Of a DNA stretch of 64,000 bases, positions 56,201 through 64,000 are shown one piece after another. Below the pieces are notes generated by a model. It was not told the origin of the DNA. It did no database searches and saw nothing but the letters and a program-made list of their open reading frames with translations. The number at the start of each line of letters is the position of its first letter. The first letter of the stretch is position 1. Source of the DNA: Botryllus schlosseri (Eukaryota); the NCBI GenBank assembly GCA_051294905.1, contig CM119384.1, forward strand, positions 11,222,001 through 11,286,000, given 5' to 3'. Both the position numbers and the translations under genes were made by a program.

Positions 56201-59200
56201 ATATAGTAACATGTGAATCAGCAATCACATAGTACACCATAAGTAACGCATAGGTATTAGGCCTATATGCTACTATTACATTATATAAACGCCTCGCTTA
56301 CCTGGAGTCATACAGGCACAGTCGCTGTACATATTGGAAGTGCTATCAAATCCGGCACAGCCGGCGTGGCACGGTGAATAGTACGTGATAAGATCCTTGC
56401 CACAGACAGGGCTAAAACGAGAGGCATCGTGGCAATTGCATTCCAGATTGCATGAATCCAACACAGTGATGTTGTTAAGAGCACTTTCGAGGCTGAGAAT
56501 GGTAATGACAGATACCGTAAGGCACGACCAAATATGCAGAGTGTGGTACTTTTCTACTATTGTGCCCTTCTACTTTAGATGAAGGATCCTCAAATTAACA
56601 TGGCGTATTTGTAGTGGATAACCATGATCGAAATTAACCAACTGTAAATAAGGAGAAGTCTGGTGTAGCTGATCGTAGTGTTTCATTCTGTCCTCGGCAT
56701 CACAGAGTACAACAGCATATATGAAAAGATGCCAAAATCCTATATGCTTCAATGCAGTCGGATAATGGCAATTGCGCGAGCTGGTCAAAGCAGTCACCAG
56801 TCAACATTGATTCTCGAATAAAAGAAACACGAAAAATTTCTACTGAATTCCTAGCAGAGGCTGGGATTCCCAACAAATGTCGAACTGCAATAACAGTAAT
56901 GTAATGAGTAGTTTCAAAATGTACATTTGGTCGAGAGGTCACATACTTGTAGTACTTGATCGTGAGTGGCTACTTTTGGAGTTATAGCTGTAGGGTGTGG
57001 GTTTGCTGCTGACACTACAAATAGGTGACTGTGATACGGGGGGGGGGGGGGGGGGCTATTTCGCCCGATTCTTATGACAGGTTCGCTCATAAAATTAACG
57101 CAATCATATCCAAAAATTACTTTCCACTTTACAAAATTCAAGTGTAAAAAGCCAGTAGCTTCGTCTAAAAAACTGTGAAAGCACAGGAGGACGCAGTCTG
57201 AATACTTGACCGCTCGAGAAGTGCAAGCACGCAAAGCCTACTAAGAGCACCCGAAACAGAAGAACACGCTTACCGGCCACCTCTGCTAATCATATCTAAC
57301 AGGACATATATGTCTGACAAGCCATTTCATGTACAGTCCACTCGCTATGAATCACAAATGACTAATACCAAACAAACTAGACTGCTTTGAAAAATTTAGA
57401 GCGGATATTGATGAATTCTTGAAATATTTTAAAAAGGTAGACCTGTAAGCAAAGTCTCATCCTTCTAGAAAACAGGAAACGGGCTCGGGGAAGTGAACTT
57501 TTCGCCTATTTACCAAGGCCGCCTTGGAGGTTAATCGAATAACACGGAATATTTGATCACAACGCAGCAAACCACGCACCTGTTATTATGTCGGTAAGGC
57601 ACCGTTACCCCGGCAATCTCCGGGTCGTTACAGTCGAGAACGAGGACGAAATGCGCCAGCAAACTGACCGCGCTCACCGCTATGCACATTTGAAGAGTGG
57701 CTTTGTGATTCATCTTCAATCCCACCATCAGGAACGCCCCTATAAGCATCCCGCTAGCGCCGGCGGGTATACACACATATCCTAAACGGAACACATCAGA
57801 TTGTCACACATCACAAAAATCGCCTTGTTTTCTCAATGGTTCTCACCAAACAGATTGGCGGCGTCTGCCGCCGATTTTCCAAGTTGCGACTCGATGAATT
57901 TCGGGCCGAACGTCGAAAAGCCTGACACCAAAGTGCTGAAAATGGCCGCTGACAAGCTCAGAAACATGAACGCTTTGTTGGACAAGACTTGGAAGAGATC
58001 GCTGAAAAATCATAAATGACAGACAATCATAAATGGTGTATGACTAGAGGTAGTGAAAATAGTCAGCGTTACCACTGAGTATAACGAACTAGAAGTAGAA
58101 GCATGTCGTTTCTGATCAAATACAAGTAGAAGTTTGAAATGAGTGGTCCGGAAAGGCTACTCAAGTAGTTTCAATAGGTCGTGAGATCGCTTTTTTTCAG
58201 TAATTGGTATCTACTCCTAAATTGCCAGATGTGCAAAATGACGACACTGCAAATAGTTAGAATCTTTTATTATACATTCAGTTACCATGATGCAGGGACT
58301 ATTCCATGCTGATCTTACGACAATTTCAATCATAAAGTGATGCAAACTTGTCCCAAAACTACTTTCCACATTACAAAATCCAAACTGTGAAAAGTAAGTA
58401 GATTTGCCTAAAAGCTGATTAAATGGAAGTGCTAAAAATTATCACTTGATTTAGTGGCACAAGTAGGCAAATCATATTTGAGTACACTGAAGAAGTAGAG
58501 GACATCATTACTGACCGCCTCTGTATATGACCACATTATACGCTGCGTTAGAGATGTCGATATTATTGATGCGGAAGACTATGAGGCCACGTCGCAGCTA
58601 AAACCACTTTGTGTATCAAAAGATAAACCGTCTCCATGCGTAAAAACGCTGAATGTATACGGAATGAAACCGTAAATCGGTAACACACATATACACAGGC
58701 CGTTAAAAATCAATGAAAACTGACATGCAGCTGGTCAGCGCACCAAAACCAGATTAACACAACCATTTGCTAGTAGCATACAATTGAATTCAACAGAAAC
58801 CTCCAAAATTCCTTGATCGCTCTGGCCGAAGACGTCTTGGAAAACGCAGTACGCAAGCTGTTTTTTTCAGAGTTTCCATCCGTTGTGTGCCCGGGAGAGC
58901 CAGTTTGGAGATCTGAATGAAAAATATCTAGGAATGCACACCGCTTGAGCGGGTAACAGTAACATCAACTCTACAACGCAAGAATATTCAACCACCAAGT
59001 ACTCGTGCACAGGAGTCACACACCATTCCATGCATAGTGACTGCTTCCACCAATGACGAATTTAAATCCGAAATAAAATAAATCGAAATAACAAAATGAT
59101 GCTGGGTCTTCAATAGCTCAATATTCCAGCCTATAGCATATATTATCAAAGCATGCGAGTGATGCTTGCTCCAAGCAATATTTACATTTTTCCAGGCCAG

Positions 59201-62200
59201 ATTTGAAAACACGATCTTGCTAAGTAGTACTAGCTTTTTAACAAACCAGCGGGAAAAGACGTAACAATGAATTCAGATTGTAAATTATTAGATTAAATCG
59301 GCATGCAATGGATGATACCACCATTTTTTAATGACTATTAAACACACAAAATGGAGATAAATCCAGTCTATGTGAGATTTCAAGTCAGATGACTGCTGAC
59401 TGTGTGGAGTCTTTATTTCAAAAGTCGCCAATTGATAACAAACACAGTTTTTCGCAAAACCATCATGAACAAAAATGCGTATCCCAACAGTCAGAGCTCA
59501 ATACAAAACCATGGCAGGGTGCCGGCTTTAACCTGGTATAGTTCGCATCGAACGACTTACCACTTTCAGAAATATGCTTGTCGACATCAACATTGGAAAC
59601 TCCTAAATCTTTCATATCAATATCATGCTCTATCTTGCGGCTTCTACGACCGGAACACCGCATGCCGCCCGAAGATTTTCGCAGTCTGCTCGGGTAACCA
59701 AACAACGGAACAGAGAGCAGAAAAGCCAACGCTCCAGAAATAAGGAACCCGATCCACCATGCTCCAACCCAGGTAGGGCTCTCAGGATTGATATCGGAAG
59801 GTCTTGAAAGCAACAAGGTCGTGTTCAAGCCAAGTATTAGCAGAAGGGAAAATATTTAACATGCAGCAGGCTCACACCCAAAACACTCCATTCTGATTAA
59901 CAGAACGACCGGTGAACACAAAGTGAACAGTGATTTATAGGCTATTGCTATAAGATAAAGACAAGGCTTACAATGTGTCCAACACCTTCAATCAATCAAG
60001 ACGGTATCATCTTATCGCAATTGAACTGATAGCTTCAAGAGCTGTTTGCAATTAAGCACACTTACACTCTTGAGTCAATGTCAATTAGAATTATAGGTCT
60101 CGAGAAGTTCATCGGTTTTTCATCAATACACCGCTACAACATTCACATATGGCATGCAGCTATAGTAGAATATGGTACCGGTACCATAAAAGAAAAAAAG
60201 TCGCCCAATCATCATCAACATCAATATACTGGAGATTTGGCCTACTTACCGACTAGACTACAGAAAGAGCCCAAAGTACAATATGCCAACTGCCAAGATC
60301 GTTAAAGACCTGAAGATCGTAAGCAGTTAAGGAGCAACGATCCATTATCAAGATACATTCAGACATCCGGTATCACAGGTTTAATGTGATCATGAATCAA
60401 GGCTATCAATCAATATTTCCGACTGGTTTGAACAGAAAATCCCAAAATTAGCAGGCTGGATAATCCTCAAATTCATCGTCCAAGATATTGCTATTACAAC
60501 CAAAACCAAATCCATCAAGATATACCTCTCGAACATTCCAAAGGAAAAGTTGAAAACTCCTAGTCGCATGGTACGATAGTCAATAGTGAAAGTCAGGTGA
60601 TTTATTACTCTGTCAGCTAGTCTGGAGTAGCGAATGGATCGGTCAAAGCTTAGATTCAGCACATAAATAATTGACTCATATCTCAAGTATCATTACTCAA
60701 CAATCCACATCTTCGGATCATAGCGTCTTGAAAATTTGAATCAAATGGATAATTGATGAAGGAATTCGGATTGGCTGGTATTAACCTCACATTATTTACG
60801 ATAGAAAAGAAAAGCTACAGGGATTTACAGTCATGTAGTACTAAATAGGCTCTAGGGAACACTACGAAGGGATCCCCTAATTCATGTGGGTGGAGAATCT
60901 AGCAACAATAAATATTGTGCTACATAGCCTGCACTCATATGCATATGTTTCCGACCTTGCTGACCTGATGTATCACGTATTTGCATACAAACTGGTTATC
61001 GCTAGCTAATCTATTATTTCTCAGCTTGCTGTAAAATCACCATTTCCGGGTCCGTTATTGAGAATGTTCAGATACAGCTATAACTAGAGACTACGCCACC
61101 GTATTTAGCTGCATATAATTCTGACCTTGTCCACTTTTTTTGATTCTTGGTTGAGTTGTGGAAGTGTTTGTAAGTAATGATAGGAGGCCTACTGCTTGCA
61201 GGAAATGTTGCGAAATGCTACATACTCAGGTACTAGTATATAATAGTACAGAAATATACATCACATTCGAATTTGGTAGGACTATCATATATAAAGTGAT
61301 CACTTTTCAGTAATTCTCGACCTCAACGTAATGAGATATGTATTTTTAACATTATTAAGTGAGCCACCATGCACAATGAATATTAATCAAGCAAACTCAC
61401 ATTTCGTAGACATTCGTGAATATAGTTAGAAGCTTTCCACCAAGGATAAACCCAATAGCTGGTCCCAACAAGGCGCCAAGATAAAAAATCCCTGAAAAAT
61501 GAATATTAAAATAGATAATGTCTTAGAAATTAAAAGAACACGACATTGTGAACTCTACACACCAATGTGAATAGGGTAAACTTCTTCATTGACGCTTTCA
61601 TCAATCATAGTCACTGCCAAGATACTCAATGGTGAACTTCCAATACCAATAACAAATTGGCCGAGGATGAAGACATACTTCATATATCGGAAATCCACGT
61701 AGTCAACTGACCCAAGGCTGCAATCATCTAAAACAAAGCAATGATGTAAATGTAATACAATGCAAATGCAATAGAATACCTTCAGACTGTTTATAATATG
61801 TAATATGCGACAGTTGGGCTGGGGATTTAACCTCCCGGACAAGCACTTGAGATGTGACATTAAATGACATTGCAAGTATGGTAGCTAATGTTCATCTTCA
61901 ACATCATACCAACAATAAACAGCCACATTAATTAGCAGGTACATGAGAATGTTTTCCGATTGGATAGCTGTCTGCCTGATTATTCACATATATATGCTAG
62001 ACGCCGGTAACATTGTGTTCATTTACCAACCAACAAGAACAAAATAATGCATGTGGGTAGGTACCAGGCATCTAGTCTGAAAGCCAGTCATGTGCATGAT
62101 TTTGTTTCAGCAACAAATTCAATTTCGCTGACAGAAAACATCCATTACCATAATTGAATCATGTACCAGGATTGATTTATAGTTCAAACGGGTCATGATC

Positions 62201-63413
62201 TGTTTCAATTGGAGCATAGATAGTAGTACATCATCATCACCCCCAACAAGATTTCAAATTTTATTCATACATTATTCAAAAAAGAGCTGAGAAACAAGTT
62301 TTGAAAACCTGCAGACGCTTTACTGCGAAGGAATCTATGAATATAAATAAATATCAATGAACATTCCATTCACATTCGCACAATTTTATCGATGCCTCCT
62401 TATAAGTGAATCACATATTCCTAAAACAAACTGAACAGGTAAATACATCTGGTCACCGGCAATGTAGACAGATAATTTGAAACTAAGGTAATTTACTTTT
62501 CATTAGCATGTCAATAAACGTATGTCAATATTATTAGCATGTAATTGCCTTGGACTGATCTTTATCAATATAACAACTGCCGCACTTATGAAATGACCAT
62601 GAGCCAGCTCCTAATACATATCATTTTCATGGGAAGAGCAAAGGCATTGCTTCTTGTACGGAGACCAAATTTACGGAATTTAGATTCGAGCTGCTGAGCA
62701 ACATTGGTGAATCCAGGTATACAATACAATACAATTCACTTTCACTTCCAGTTTCAGTCTCACTGTACACCAGTTACAGAAAGTAAAAATAGAATAGATT
62801 TATTATCCACATTTAAAAGTTTGTACAAGAAGTATTCATCTGTCCGTACCGTTTTTACTTAGTTACGCAATCTTGTAACCTTCGAACATGAAGTCAGGGA
62901 TTACCTGTGCTATTCAAAGTCCAAATGCCAGTACTAATAACTTCCTTCCAACACTTCATCGGCAGGTAAATTTCACATTAAAGTATGGTCGTACTTTCAT
63001 CGAATGGTCTTGATTGGTATGAGTCGAGATGATGATTGCCATCACTCTCAAGCACACGAGTGTCTATATATTTGATATCTTGAAGTTCATATCAGTGCAG
63101 CCTAGAGCGATCCAAGCCCTACCGAATTCAACTATTCATATTTATTATAGTTTATAGTACAATAAAAACTTGAGCAACAAAAATGGCTATTATGCAGTCA
63201 TGCTATTACATCCAATTCACTAACCGCTTGTATTATTGTTGAACGAGAAATTATTGCCAGAACGCTGCACACAGACATCAATACCATCATCCGTACTGGA
63301 GGGCTTATACTGATATGGTCCCACAATAAAATTTGGCAGGGCAAGGATTATCGATCCGATTCCAAGAAGTAGCACCCCCACACTAATCCACCGAGGCTTG
63401 TGTCTCTGACCAC
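53246..63413 (-). CDS. SLCO: Organic anion transporting polypeptide (OATP/SLCO family), 3' part; upstream exons lie beyond the right edge
   Basis: Exons 63413-63225, 61727-61563, 61491-61401, 59802-59561, 58912-58801, 58001-57847, 57781-57580, 56492-56302, (one small phase 1-to-2 exon unresolved at ~55.8-56.05 kb), 55704-55582, 54713-54497, 53410-53246 (TAG). Motifs GGQRHKPRWISVG, GQFVIGIGSSP..IDE, GPAIGFILGG, WVGAWWIGF, Kazal-like C.C....FSPVCG...YYSPCHAGC, RSLAIGVQW..RTLGTIPGPILFG..ID..C. Family-level call only. Confidence 0.95.
53578..53631 (-). ncRNA. Degenerate solo hammerhead/pseudo-LTR relic
   Basis: Minus strand GACGATTACCA-CTGACGA-G(TGTCAGC)T-GAAA-ATTT-TT-GGAT-TCATTTCAATATGAATA: core intact, stems mutated; shares GACGATTACC and AATATGAATA flanks with the PLE end. 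Confidence 0.7.
57038..57055 (+). repeat. G18 homopolymer in an SLCO intron
   Basis: 18 consecutive G. Confidence 0.9.
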
Positions 63414-64000
63414 CTGGAAAAAGATATATAAAATGCATCAATAATAAATCTGACAAACGAAACTACATGTTTTCATAAATTCACAAATTGCCAATATGCA
63501 ATCATCATAGAAATCGAGTTGTGGTCGAATTCATTAAATGTGTCAAAATAGGTATGGATAGAGTTATAAATCCAAAGTATTGTAAATGCAAACAATTCCA
63601 CTTTTGACAAAATGACACTTAAATCGTCATAACGACATCTTGTAATTTCTGTCGCCATATTTCACCTAATTAGCATGGTGTACATATGTGCAAAATATTA
63701 TGAAGTGTCATGAAATGAACACGGAGACATGAATGACAATTCTCATTTCAACAGGCGGAATGGTTTAATAAATAGGTTTATAACGGAAATGACTTCAGAA
63801 GCTCAACTCATGTGGAATGATTACGACAGGAATTCCTGCACTCACAACTCCACAAGGGAATAGAAACACCACGACTCAAATAGCCTATGTTCCTACTAGA
63901 CATGATAGCAAGATCAATACAAAATATAGAAATGATTGATATAAAATTGATGTGGCTAGTGCATTTTGTAGAGTATTTCACTATCAAATTTCAACTTATT

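Noticed and set aside
57038-57055. G18 tract as a functional G-quadruplex
   Set aside because: Isolated intronic homopolymer whose length is prone to sequencing error; no supporting context.

Overview
This is animal genomic DNA, AT-rich, with spliceosomal GT-AG introns, several only 47-63 nt long. An invertebrate chordate such as an ascidian is my inference, not something I could establish. I assembled four spliced genes by hand with consistent exon phases. (1) The 5' part of a plexin on the minus strand (Sema, PSI, start of TIG), running off the left edge. (2) Head-to-head with it, a ~3,760-aa Ser/Arg/Lys-rich, largely low-complexity protein with no recognisable family (9637-27518, +). It has a 4.67-kb exon, a ~16-17-aa RRxS repeat array and a C-terminal hydrophobic segment ending in a possible KASH-like tail. 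(3) A ~1,150-aa secreted mosaic serine protease (CUB, lectin-like/unknown middle module, CUB, CUB, trypsin; 36414-52126, +). (4) The 3' part of an SLCO/OATP transporter on the minus strand (53246 to beyond the right edge). Introns and the 27.6-35.6 kb intergenic region are dense in non-autonomous hAT-type elements with 8-bp target-site duplications, tRNA-derived SINEs and (TC)n-tailed LINE 3' ends. The most notable non-genic features are a 5'-truncated Penelope-like retroelement (RT C-terminus plus GIY-YIG) carrying an intact-looking minimal hammerhead ribozyme, three dispersed degenerate solo copies of a related hammerhead, and a histone H2B fragment joined to a LINE-like 3' tail. No database searches or folding programs were run; family assignments rest on motif recognition.
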